A stretch of 43,686 nt of DNA from Sphingobacteriales bacterium (GCA_043757615.1 JAYVPA010000210.1:1-43686); one strand, 5' to 3'. Shown: positions 19,147 through 28,169, counted from the stretch's first letter. Numbers and translations: made by a program. The notes: generated from the letters alone by a model not told the origin.

Positions 19147-20448
19147 TTATTTGCCAAAATCGTTCATTGATCTACCCATGAAAGGTAATAAACATCTGAA
19201 ACCAACATAAGATTTTGCTGAATCCTGGTATTCATAAGATTTTGTACCGCATTGTAAGAAGTATGCGATATCTTTCCATGAACCACCTCTGATTACTTTG
19301 CGTTTCATAACATTCGGATCTTCTTCTTTAGCATCATATCTAAAGTCAGGTTGTTTGTCATGAATAAATGCATTTGCATCATCTTCATATGCAGTTGAAG
19401 TCCATTCTGCAACGTTACCAGCCATATTATATAAGCCATAATCATTAGGCCAGTACGATTTTGCATTTACTGTGTAGAAACCACCGTCTTCAGGGTAATT
19501 ACCTCTGCCCGGTTTAAAATTAGCTAATAAGCATCCTTTTGTGTTTCTTATATAAGGACCTCCCCAAGGATACGGAGATAAATTTCTTCCGCCTCTTGCA
19601 GCATATTCCCATTCATATTCAGTTGGTAAACGAAACTGGTCTAAAGGAGCTTCTTTCTGAGTTGATCTGTAATCATTCCATTTCAACGTTCTCCAGGCAC
19701 AAAATGCATTACATTGATCCCAGGTAACACCTACTACAGGATAATCATCATAAGCAGGATGCGTAAAATAAGAGCGTGTCATTGGTTCATTATAAGAATA
19801 TACGAAATCTCTGATCCAAACCATTTCGTCAGGATAGATAGAAATCTTCTTTTTTTCCATAAATGCACTTCTTGGCTTAACATTTTTATCCGTTGGTCTT
19901 TGCTCAGCTGCTTCTTTCCATTTAAACCATGTATAAGAATATTCCAGTTTACGTGGATCTATTTCTTTTTTTCCATTAATACGGTCAGCTTCAGAATAGA
20001 ATAAGGGATCCAATTGTGATCCTTCTTCTGTTACGCTATTACCTGTTGACCAATCCATATCAATAGGCATATCCCAGTTGATTGATTGTTTGCCGTTATC
20101 ACCTTCTTTTACGTGATCACCTCCTAACATCTGATGCGAGATAGAATCACGTACATATTCCACAAACTGACGATATTCATTATTAGTGATTTCAGTTTCA
20201 TCCATGTAAAAGCCAACAATCGATAATTGTTTCATTTTGGTATTGAAAGCATAATTGACATCCTGATCTGAAGGACCGGCATGAAATACACCGGATGGTA
20301 CATAAACCATTCCGTAGGGCAATAGATTATTATCCCATTTCGGGCGATCCTGAGCACCGATAAGCTGACCATCTGTGCCTGAGCCGCCTTTGCAACTAGC
20401 TAATAATACCGCTATTACTGCGATTAATGAGAATTTTAAATTATTCAT
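19147..20448 (-). CDS. gldK: T9SS ring lipoprotein GldK (PorK), FGE-sulfatase fold
   Basis: Lipobox LASC, FYMDETEITNNEYRQFV, YPVVGVTW, RLPTEYEWEYAARGG, GLYNMAGNVAEW and IRGGSWKD; adjacent to gldL. Confidence 0.95.
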   Translation of the reverse strand: MNNLKFSLIAVIAVLLASCKGGSGTDGQLIGAQDRPKWDNNLLPYGMVYVPSGVFHAGPSDQDVNYAFNTKMKQLSIVGFYMDETEITNNEYRQFVEYVRDSISHQMLGGDHVKEGDNGKQSINWDMPIDMDWSTGNSVTEEGSQLDPLFYSEADRINGKKEIDPRKLEYSYTWFKWKEAAEQRPTDKNVKPRSAFMEKKKISIYPDEMVWIRDFVYSYNEPMTRSYFTHPAYDDYPVVGVTWDQCNAFCAWRTLKWNDYRSTQKEAPLDQFRLPTEYEWEYAARGGRNLSPYPWGGPYIRNTKGCLLANFKPGRGNYPEDGGFYTVNAKSYWPNDYGLYNMAGNVAEWTSTAYEDDANAFIHDKQPDFRYDAKEEDPNVMKRKVIRGGSWKDIAYFLQCGTKSYEYQDSAKSYVGFRCLLPFMGRSMNDFGK

Positions 20449-20553
20449 CTTAGTTGTTTACGTTTTATCCTAAAATAAGATGTAAAAATAACGAAAAATT
20501 ATGTTTACTTGTACACCTGAGTTGACATTTTATCCAAAATATTAATAATCAAT

Positions 20554-21525
20554 TTACAAAAACCGTGGATTGTTGATAATTTTTGGGTTTTTATAAATCT
20601 TGTTATTGGGTAAAAAATAGGTTAATGTAATTTCATGAGAACCTTTATTTACCGAATTTAACTTAGTTAAAGATACATCATAACTGTAAATTATGCAAAT
20701 ATTTTTCACGGGACCAATACTAATTATTGGTGATAACGACTCAAATGACTTTTTATTGTACCCTCTGACATTCACTCCAAGCGCAACATAATCCTTATAT
20801 CCGACCATAAAGCTAAAATCTGTCTGGAATTCTTTAAAATCTGTGTTCAGTATCACAGAAGGCTTTACAGAGAAACTTTCCCCGATTTTAATCTTACTGC
20901 CTGCATAAACCTGTAATACTCCGCCATACTTTGGTTTCAGATTTTTGCTGTTCCCTTTAAATTTATCTTTTGCATTAATAAGATTGCTGTAAACTAATCC
21001 GGCTTCTATGTATTTATGAGTAAATGAAATGCCCACTGAAAGATTTGGACGAATGCTTTTTTGAAGCTGATTGGATAGCGCATCATCATTCAGGTTTGTT
21101 CCTGTGCCTTGCGGTGTGATTAACTTACTACCATCCAGTTTCGAAAAAGTAGCACCTGCATTTAAAGCAACCGCAATTTTTAATTTTTTCTTGATATCCT
21201 GAATAAATGCATACCCAACATTAAATGATGTGTTTGTATAAGCACCCAACATTTCATTGGAGATATTCATACCGATACCTCCATGTGCCTGCGGGAGATT
21301 TGCGTCAGCAAAAATATTGATGGTTCTTGGTTGTCCTTCTAACTTTGCCCACTGGTATCTGTAATTTGCTCCGAAGTTTATTCCATCATTCTTTCCATAG
21401 AATGCAGGATTAGTTACTTGAGGAATGAACATATAATGTGTACTAATGGATTGTATCTGCGCATATGAAACGCATGTCCAGAAGCACAAGGCTATATAGA
21501 TAATCTTTTTTATGGAAGCAGACAT
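20554..21525 (-). CDS. PorP/SprF family T9SS membrane protein
   Basis: NPAFYG, YRYQW...GQPRT and YSYDVS...GSHEITL motifs; immediately upstream of gldK. Confidence 0.9.
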   Translation of the reverse strand: MSASIKKIIYIALCFWTCVSYAQIQSISTHYMFIPQVTNPAFYGKNDGINFGANYRYQWAKLEGQPRTINIFADANLPQAHGGIGMNISNEMLGAYTNTSFNVGYAFIQDIKKKLKIAVALNAGATFSKLDGSKLITPQGTGTNLNDDALSNQLQKSIRPNLSVGISFTHKYIEAGLVYSNLINAKDKFKGNSKNLKPKYGGVLQVYAGSKIKIGESFSVKPSVILNTDFKEFQTDFSFMVGYKDYVALGVNVRGYNKKSFESLSPIISIGPVKNICIIYSYDVSLTKLNSVNKGSHEITLTYFLPNNKIYKNPKIINNPRFL

Positions 21526-21554
21526 ATTGTAAAAATAGGAAAGAAAAATGAAAT

Positions 21555-22631
21555 TTATCTGCCTTTCTTATTGGCTCCAGTAATGTATTTTTTTATTGCA
21601 TCCACTAAAGATGGATTTTCCGGTGTCGGCGCAAAAATATTGATATTATTCTTATGTGCTTTAACCGCTTCTGCTGTAGAATTTCCGAAAATAGCTAAGC
21701 GTGTTTCGCTTTGGCTGAATTTTGGAAAATTCGTATATAAAGAATCTATTGCAGACGGGTTAAAGAAAACCAGCATGTCGTATTTCACGTCACTTAAATC
21801 TGATAAATCACTGGCAACCGTTTTATAAATAAATGCTTCGCTGTAGGGTATATTATGTTTGGTAAAAGCTTCTGCTAATGCTTTATCCCGTACATCAGAA
21901 CAAGGCAATAAAAATTTACCGTCTTCTTTGTGTTTTAAAATCACTTCCATCAGCTTCGGCATTCTTCCGTCGCCATAAAATACTTTGCGTTTTCTATACT
22001 GAATAAATTTCTGTAAATACAATGCAATTGTTTCACTGTTACAGAAATATTTATTGTCTTCGCTGATTTTTATACGAAGCTCTTCACAGATACGGAAATA
22101 CTGTTCGATTGCAATCCTGCTTGTAAAAACAACACAGGAATATTGCTCGATATAAATTTTTTGTTTTCTGAAATCAGCGGCAGGAATACCTTCCACGTGT
22201 GTAAAAGGGCGCCAGTCTAGTTTGATTTTAAACTGCAGTGCTAAATCAATGTAAGGTGATTTTCCAAGCTCCGGTTTTGGCTGTGAAATCAATATTGTCT
22301 TTACAGGTTTTGATGTTGCTGAAGTAACTATAGTTGGTAATGGTTTTACTTCCATCAATATTTTTTTGTCTGCTTTCGGAACTGCTTTTGTAACAATCGG
22401 TTTTGCTTCTATTTTCTTTTCAACTATAAGTTTTGTCGGTTTTACAACTGCAGTTTTATTTTTGATAACCGGAGTTTTTGCTGCTTTCTTACTTTTCACA
22501 GGTTCAGCTTTTACAGCTTTTGCCGACGCTTTTTTAGCAGGTTTTGCGGGCGCTGCTGTTTTTTTAATAGATGGTTTAACCGCGGAATTTTTTTTAGCCG
22601 TTGCACGTTTTTCTACCACTTTTTTAGCCAT
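21555..22631 (-). CDS. hemD: Uroporphyrinogen-III synthase-like protein with a Lys/Ala-rich N-terminal extension
   Basis: From VKTILISQPKP onward it matches the Bacteroidota HemD family (RPFTHVEG, ALYLQKFIQYRKRK, YKTVASDLSDL, FFNPSAIDSL). The first ~108 aa are low-complexity and basic. Confidence 0.85.
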   Translation of the reverse strand: MAKKVVEKRATAKKNSAVKPSIKKTAAPAKPAKKASAKAVKAEPVKSKKAAKTPVIKNKTAVVKPTKLIVEKKIEAKPIVTKAVPKADKKILMEVKPLPTIVTSATSKPVKTILISQPKPELGKSPYIDLALQFKIKLDWRPFTHVEGIPAADFRKQKIYIEQYSCVVFTSRIAIEQYFRICEELRIKISEDNKYFCNSETIALYLQKFIQYRKRKVFYGDGRMPKLMEVILKHKEDGKFLLPCSDVRDKALAEAFTKHNIPYSEAFIYKTVASDLSDLSDVKYDMLVFFNPSAIDSLYTNFPKFSQSETRLAIFGNSTAEAVKAHKNNINIFAPTPENPSLVDAIKKYITGANKKGR

Positions 22632-22656
22632 TGTTCCGATTTTTTATTCTATTAGA

Positions 22657-23526
22657 TTAAACTATATTATTCAAAATATACTTAGCCAGTAACAGCATGG
22701 GAATGATTTTGAAAGCGCAAATATAAAGAAAAAAATGAAGCTTGTAAGGTATGCGTATATTGCTCATTAGTTGATAACTCCTTACAATGTTGAAAACAGC
22801 ATATCCTGTAAAACAAATCGACATTAAAATTGTCATGAAATTATAGGAAACATTGCCGTTGTATATATATATTAGCATTAAAACCAACAGAACTATGCTT
22901 AAAAGAAATTCAGCGAAAAGGTTTTGAAGGAAAAAAGCCTTGAATGTCTCTTGCGTTTGAATTACAAAGTTGAAAACAAATTCTATTACATTTTTTATTG
23001 TAAAAAACAAACCTAACAAAATCCAGATATTAAAAAAATACAGATATTGAAAAGAAGTAAATTCATCTTTTTTGAAAAAATGCAATCCGATATAAACGAC
23101 TAAGGAAAGAATCGAAATTTTTAAAATATAGATGGATAAAATTGCTAAAAGCGAATCGTATTTTTTGCTTTTATAAAAAATTAAAAACTTCTTTACACTT
23201 GCAATTCCTTCCAGTAAGGAGAAAGAAAAATCGTCAAAAATAAGGCGAAGTATCAATAATATCAAGAAGATTCCGATTGTGATGTATAAAAAAGAAGGGC
23301 TTTTTACAGGATGTTTTTGTTTTTGAATCAGAATATTTCCACCCGATGTCTTATGAATATCTATGGCCGATACAAGCTTGTTCCATTTTACAGAATCTAC
23401 TTTATTTTTTAAAACCGAATCTCTGAAAAGTGGATTGAATGAGGTAGTATCATTTTTAGAAAATGAGATTAATGAAGCAAACAACAAAATGAACAAGAAT
23501 GAATATCTCTTAAAAAGTTGCGACAT
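22657..23526 (-). CDS. DUF4271 family membrane protein
   Basis: Multi-TM protein ending in LHFFLYICAFKIIPML, the family's FLYxCxLEI-like motif, in its usual position upstream of hemD. Start re-called at MSQLFKRY (23526). Confidence 0.8.
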   Translation of the reverse strand: MSQLFKRYSFLFILLFASLISFSKNDTTSFNPLFRDSVLKNKVDSVKWNKLVSAIDIHKTSGGNILIQKQKHPVKSPSFLYITIGIFLILLILRLIFDDFSFSLLEGIASVKKFLIFYKSKKYDSLLAILSIYILKISILSLVVYIGLHFFKKDEFTSFQYLYFFNIWILLGLFFTIKNVIEFVFNFVIQTQETFKAFFLQNLFAEFLLSIVLLVLMLIYIYNGNVSYNFMTILMSICFTGYAVFNIVRSYQLMSNIRIPYKLHFFLYICAFKIIPMLLLAKYILNNIV

Positions 23527-25243
23527 AACCAAAGTGTAATTTAGAATTTCGAAAATCAACGGATTTGTCTTTTTGCTGACCAAGTGCATAGGTAAGCCCA
23601 AAAATACCAATTTTAGTTTCAAAAGTAATACCTGCACCAAAACCAAATGGAAAATCATGGAATACTGCATTATTAAATTTTCTGTCAACAAATGCTGCGT
23701 CCATGAATACAAAGAAATAGGAATTCCTCTGAATAAGCATTCTGTATTCCAAAGTAGCAACGTTATAAGTACTTGCAAGAATAGATTGTTCATCAAAACC
23801 GCGTAAAAGCTTGCTACCGCCGATTCTCAGTAATTCATTTTTTAATAGATTCTGATTAAATACGGCGCCGCCATTTACGCTGAACTTTAAAATATGCCGT
23901 TGCTTTTTACCTAACGGCAAATAATAATTTCCTATCCAGAAAATATCACCTTTAATTGATTTCTTTTTAATACTGTCGTATAAACTTGCGTAATTGAAGT
24001 CCGAAAATCCGTCCTGCAAAGTCGTAATCTGGTTATTCTCTTTTATCTTTTTTGTCCCTACAGAACCGGTTAATTTTAAATCATACCCTTTGTGCGGATT
24101 AAACAAATAATCCAGATTTTCATAATATGCCTGTACGCCATATTGATTATAGGCAGCATCTAAATTGTTCGGCAATTTTCTATTCAGTTTTGCATAGGTT
24201 GTATCTGCAGTAAGGACAATAGTCTGAAAATATTTGTAAAAACCTTTGATGTAATTATTAGAACCCGTGATATATGGCAAGCCTAGTTGCCACGCTAAAT
24301 CCAGAGAAGAAGAATCCCGTTTATCCAGATTAAAAGTAAAGTTGACACCAATCGGCGCGTTTAACAAATAGGGATAATTAAAACGAACATCCAGCGATTG
24401 TGATTGACGCTGCAATTTCAACCACTCCAGATAAATCTCTTCACCACGTTTAAACGCGTTTTGTAAATGCACGCGCACTTGGCCTGTAATCAAAATTTTT
24501 CCTCTGTTGCTTCCCGGCAAAAAACCAATCAGGAAATCAAAAGAATTTACTTTTCGTTTATCCAGATACAAATGAATATCGGCTTTATTATCCCTGAATA
24601 AAATATTACTCGGCTGGCGGATAACCGCATAGGGCAGTTTCTGTAACAGTTTATCAATTTTTTTTATGCGCGATTCATTGTAAGGTTGTTTACTTTTTAA
24701 AGAAACATAATTTTGTATAAATCCTTTGGTCAGTTTGGAGGTACCATGATTAATAAAGCTATCAATTGTAATCAATCTTCCTTTATCAATATTATAATTA
24801 AAAGTCAGCGAACTGTCACTTAATAAGATACTATCTGAAGTGGCTTTAGCAAAAGGATAACCGCTATTTTCAAGATTACTGATTAATTTTTCTTTCGTAA
24901 TATCTGCATTGTAAACATTTGTCGAAACAGTTTTCCTTTTTCTTTTTGTCAGTTCTATACTCGGATTTTTTACGTTGTATTTTTTCCCCGTATGAAGCAT
25001 AGAAAAAATGGAATCGTGTTGTTGCTTTATGCTGTCAAAAGATGCTTCGAGATAGCCCTGATCAATTAATATCTGTTGCGTGGTTTTTAAATATTGCTGC
25101 GCATCTTTTTCATTTTTAAAACTCTGTTTTTCTTTTACTTTTACAATGCCTTTATCTTTCTGAATAAACAAATGAACACTTTGCGCAAAAAATATCTGCG
25201 GGCAAAAAAGAAAGAATAGTATTTGTACAATTTTAATTTTCAA
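23510..25243 (-). CDS. Omp85 (BamA/TamA-like) outer-membrane protein with POTRA domains
   Basis: Signal peptide, GYLEA and ENSGYPFA POTRA-type motifs, RIGGSKLLRGFDE (loop-6 VRGF-like motif) and C-terminal YVATF; TTG start. Confidence 0.88.
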   Translation of the reverse strand: MKIKIVQILFFLFCPQIFFAQSVHLFIQKDKGIVKVKEKQSFKNEKDAQQYLKTTQQILIDQGYLEASFDSIKQQHDSIFSMLHTGKKYNVKNPSIELTKRKRKTVSTNVYNADITKEKLISNLENSGYPFAKATSDSILLSDSSLTFNYNIDKGRLITIDSFINHGTSKLTKGFIQNYVSLKSKQPYNESRIKKIDKLLQKLPYAVIRQPSNILFRDNKADIHLYLDKRKVNSFDFLIGFLPGSNRGKILITGQVRVHLQNAFKRGEEIYLEWLKLQRQSQSLDVRFNYPYLLNAPIGVNFTFNLDKRDSSSLDLAWQLGLPYITGSNNYIKGFYKYFQTIVLTADTTYAKLNRKLPNNLDAAYNQYGVQAYYENLDYLFNPHKGYDLKLTGSVGTKKIKENNQITTLQDGFSDFNYASLYDSIKKKSIKGDIFWIGNYYLPLGKKQRHILKFSVNGGAVFNQNLLKNELLRIGGSKLLRGFDEQSILASTYNVATLEYRMLIQRNSYFFVFMDAAFVDRKFNNAVFHDFPFGFGAGITFETKIGIFGLTYALGQQKDKSVDFRNSKLHFGYVATF

Positions 25244-25265
25244 TTAAACGACATTATCTGTTTCC

Positions 25266-25273
25266 CAAAGTTA
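25266..25273 (-). promoter_or_regulatory. -7 promoter element (TAACTTTG) for the Omp85-...-gld cluster
   Basis: Exact TAnnTTTG match on the minus strand, 22 nt upstream of the TTG at 25243. Confidence 0.55.
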
Positions 25274-25309
25274 TCAATAATTACGCATTCCTCATTACCT
25301 TGCAGCATC

Positions 25310-26470
25310 ATGGCCGGCATTTATTTACATATTCCGTTTTGCAAACAAGCATGTACCTATTGCAATTTCCATTTTTCGACTTTGTTAAAATACAAAGATG
25401 ATGTTTTAAATGCCATGCTGAAAGAAATTCAGCTGCAAAAAGATTTCTTTAAAGATAAAACGATTATAGAAACTATTTATTTCGGCGGAGGTACACCAAG
25501 TTTGCTTTCTACAAAAGAAATTAACGCATTACTGAATGAAATAAGCAAACATTTTACTGTTTCTGTTAATCCTGAAATTACTATGGAAGCCAATCCGGAC
25601 GACCTTTCCGCAGCATATTTATCTGCACTAAAAAAAGAAACAGCTGTTAACAGATTCAGCATTGGAGTACAATCATTTTTTGACGACGATTTACGTTATA
25701 TGAACCGTGCGCATAATGCAAATGAAGCAATTCAATGTATTCAATACGCGCAGGAAATCGGTTTTAATAATTTGTCCGTGGATTTAATTTATGGTACTCC
25801 AACGATGAATAATGAACACTGGCTGAAAAACATACAAACTGTTTTTGAGTTGAAAGTGACGCATGTTTCCTGCTATGCACTGACAGTAGAAGACAAAACG
25901 GAATTAGCGAGTCAGATAAAAAAGAAGAAATCGTTAGAACCTGATGATGAACAAATGGCACAGCAGTTTTCTATTTTACTGGAGGAGATGAGTAAGCATC
26001 ATTATACGCATTATGAGATTTCTAATTTTTGTATGGAACCTTATTTTGCAAAACATAATACGAATTACTGGAAAGGCATCCCCTACTTAGGAATCGGTGC
26101 ATCTGCGCATTCTTATGATGGCGTGAAACGCTATTGGAATATAGCGAACAACACGACCTATGCAAAAAAAATAAACGAGAATAAATTAGCAAATGAGAGT
26201 GAAATTTTATCAGAAGCGGATGCATATAATGAATATGTAATGACAAATATCCGTACAATTTTTGGTGTAGATAAAAGTGTGATTCAGGTAAAATTTGGTA
26301 ATGAATTTTTGCAGCATTTTTTACTGGAAATCTCTCCTTTTATTGAAAATAAATGGGTAACGGAAACAAATGGAATTTATATTTTAACGAATTCAGGAAA
26401 ATTATTCTGCGATTATATTACTGAGAATTTATTTATAGAAAATAATAATCTTAACCACATAGAAACATAG
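25310..26470 (+). CDS. hemW: Radical SAM heme chaperone HemW (HemN-like)
   Basis: MAGIYLHIPFCKQACTYCNF (CxxxCxxC), YFGGGTPS, EANPDD, YEISNF, HNTNYW and YLGIGASAHS. ATG start taken at 25310. Confidence 0.92.
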   Translation: MAGIYLHIPFCKQACTYCNFHFSTLLKYKDDVLNAMLKEIQLQKDFFKDKTIIETIYFGGGTPSLLSTKEINALLNEISKHFTVSVNPEITMEANPDDLSAAYLSALKKETAVNRFSIGVQSFFDDDLRYMNRAHNANEAIQCIQYAQEIGFNNLSVDLIYGTPTMNNEHWLKNIQTVFELKVTHVSCYALTVEDKTELASQIKKKKSLEPDDEQMAQQFSILLEEMSKHHYTHYEISNFCMEPYFAKHNTNYWKGIPYLGIGASAHSYDGVKRYWNIANNTTYAKKINENKLANESEILSEADAYNEYVMTNIRTIFGVDKSVIQVKFGNEFLQHFLLEISPFIENKWVTETNGIYILTNSGKLFCDYITENLFIENNNLNHIET

Positions 26471-26592
26471 TAAAATGCTATGTCAAAAAATTTATCTCTA
26501 TGAATTTTATGAGAACAATTTGGTTTATTAATTTCAAAACATTTATTCAGAAGTACATCATAGTCTAATAAAAACTATGTTTCTATATGTTT
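26453..26592. mobile_element. MITE/REP-like element, copy 2 (~140 bp)
   Basis: Left end AACCACATAGAAACATAG (26453-26470) and right end CTATGTTTCTATATGTTT (26575-26592) match 16/18 as inverted repeats. The left end is 17/18 identical to that of the element at 2940. Confidence 0.65.
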
Positions 26593-26619
26593 AAGAAATT
26601 GTTTATGTATTTTTAGAAA

Positions 26620-27051
26620 ATGAAAGGACCGAAAGAATTTTACTTTAATATTTTTAATGAACTGATTCCATTCAATAAATACATAGGCTTGGAATTAGCA
26701 GAAATTGAAGATGGTTTTGCAAAAGCTACTATGAAATTCAAACCTGAATTAGTGGGCGATGTGAGAATAAAAGCGATACACGGTGGTGTGATTTCCGCTG
26801 CTATGGATGCGGTCGGAGGACTGGCCGGCGTTACTACACTAAATTCGATGGAAGACAAAATTGTAACGGTGGACATGCGCGTTGATTATATCCGTTCGGC
26901 ACGCAATACTGATTTAATTATTGAAGCAAGAATTGTACGCAGCGGCAATAAAATCATCACTACGAATATGCAGGTATTTGCTGCCAATGACAATACTTTA
27001 GTAGCTGAAGGCAGAGGCGTTTATCATGTGAGCAGGAAAAAGAATGATTAG
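26620..27051 (+). CDS. PaaI-family hotdog-fold thioesterase
   Basis: IPFNKYIG, IHGGVISAAMDAVGG and TVDMRVDYIR motifs. Confidence 0.9.
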   Translation: MKGPKEFYFNIFNELIPFNKYIGLELAEIEDGFAKATMKFKPELVGDVRIKAIHGGVISAAMDAVGGLAGVTTLNSMEDKIVTVDMRVDYIRSARNTDLIIEARIVRSGNKIITTNMQVFAANDNTLVAEGRGVYHVSRKKND

Positions 27052-27055
27052 ATTT

Positions 27056-28051
27056 TTATCTCACAAATAAATACACTACATAGAACAACAACAGCAAAAA
27101 CAGAAATCTGCATTTCCATAAATTCAAGGTCAGTTTTTTGCCCATCCAAAGCAGCCCTGCTACTAATAATGTAATTCCAATCAGAATAAAAATATCAGTA
27201 TTAAATGCCTTGTTATATTGTATCGGTTGAATGAATGCTGCAACTCCTAACATGCCCAATATATTCAGCATGTTTTGTCCTACCAGATTGCTGACCTCAA
27301 ATTTTGACTGATTAGATTTTGTTATCATCATCCAGTATAACATTACAATAGAGCCTCCGAACGACAAAATAAACTGCCCTAAAAAACGTTGCGATAAATC
27401 AAATTTCCTTGAAATGTCTACCAAGTTGTCTACCACTAAAACACCGCCCGCAACTAAGCCTGTAATACCTGTTATAAACAGAACAATCGAAAACCAAACT
27501 GCATAATACGCCGGGGTTTCTTTTTCTTCATCAAACCAGATTGTATGATGTTTTTTTACGTTGAAATATCCATACGTCATAAATAAAACAAACAAAGCAA
27601 GTAAGATACACGCTTCTTTTCGGGTAATCCAGAAAGCGTTTATTTCCGGAGAAGAAATTCCTTTATTCGCAATAAAATATAATATTACTGCACTAACAAT
27701 TAAGGACGAAAGTCCGATACTTGCTGTGTTTTTGTTTGACCTGATGGGCCGGAAAAAACCCGTAATACTTAATATACCCAGCAGATTAAAAATACAGCTG
27801 CCGATTATCGTTCCCATGACCAAATCAAAATATCCGTTGTATGCCGCAAGCAATACCGTGAATATTTTTGGTAAAGAAGTACCGAATGCAACAACGGTAA
27901 AACTCACCATCGTTTCAGGTAGTTTCAGCCTGCGTGCTATGGATGCAGCACCATCTATTAACATACTTGAACCTCTGTTTAACAAGAAGAAACCGATGAG
28001 TAATAAAGGGATGTTTAGTATTAATGAGATGTTCTGAATCTGCATACTCAA
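27056..28051 (-). CDS. Ca2+/cation antiporter (YrbG-like) homolog with degenerate alpha repeats
   Basis: About 10 TM helices in a two-repeat architecture. Alpha-1 is VAFGTSLPK...IGSCIFN and alpha-2 is FGGSIVM...VGQNMLN. Start is TTG 28051 or ATG 28045. Confidence 0.8.
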   Translation of the reverse strand: MSMQIQNISLILNIPLLLIGFFLLNRGSSMLIDGAASIARRLKLPETMVSFTVVAFGTSLPKIFTVLLAAYNGYFDLVMGTIIGSCIFNLLGILSITGFFRPIRSNKNTASIGLSSLIVSAVILYFIANKGISSPEINAFWITRKEACILLALFVLFMTYGYFNVKKHHTIWFDEEKETPAYYAVWFSIVLFITGITGLVAGGVLVVDNLVDISRKFDLSQRFLGQFILSFGGSIVMLYWMMITKSNQSKFEVSNLVGQNMLNILGMLGVAAFIQPIQYNKAFNTDIFILIGITLLVAGLLWMGKKLTLNLWKCRFLFLLLLFYVVYLFVR

Positions 28052-28067
28052 TAATACAAAAAATAGT

Positions 28068-28169
28068 AGTAAGTCGTGAGCAATAAGCCGTAAGACGTAT
28101 ACAACAGATATAAAAAAGTCATCGAATAACGATGACTTTTTGCTTATTACTTATTACTTACTACTTATG
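28068..28169. repeat. Two inverted arrays of 7-mer repeats flanking a terminator
   Basis: Left array agtaagt cgtgagc aataagc cgtaaga (28068-28095); right array gcttatt acttatt acttact acttatg (28142-28169). Confidence 0.7.
28113..28141 (-). terminator. Intrinsic terminator of the TonB-dependent receptor gene
   Basis: AAAAAGTCATCG-aataa-CGATGACTTTTT is a perfect 12-bp inverted repeat about 30 nt past the stop. Confidence 0.85.

Noticed and set aside
19147-20448. Formylglycine-generating enzyme / sulfatase maturation system
   Set aside because: The fold is shared, but the lipobox and the position before gldLMN identify it as GldK.
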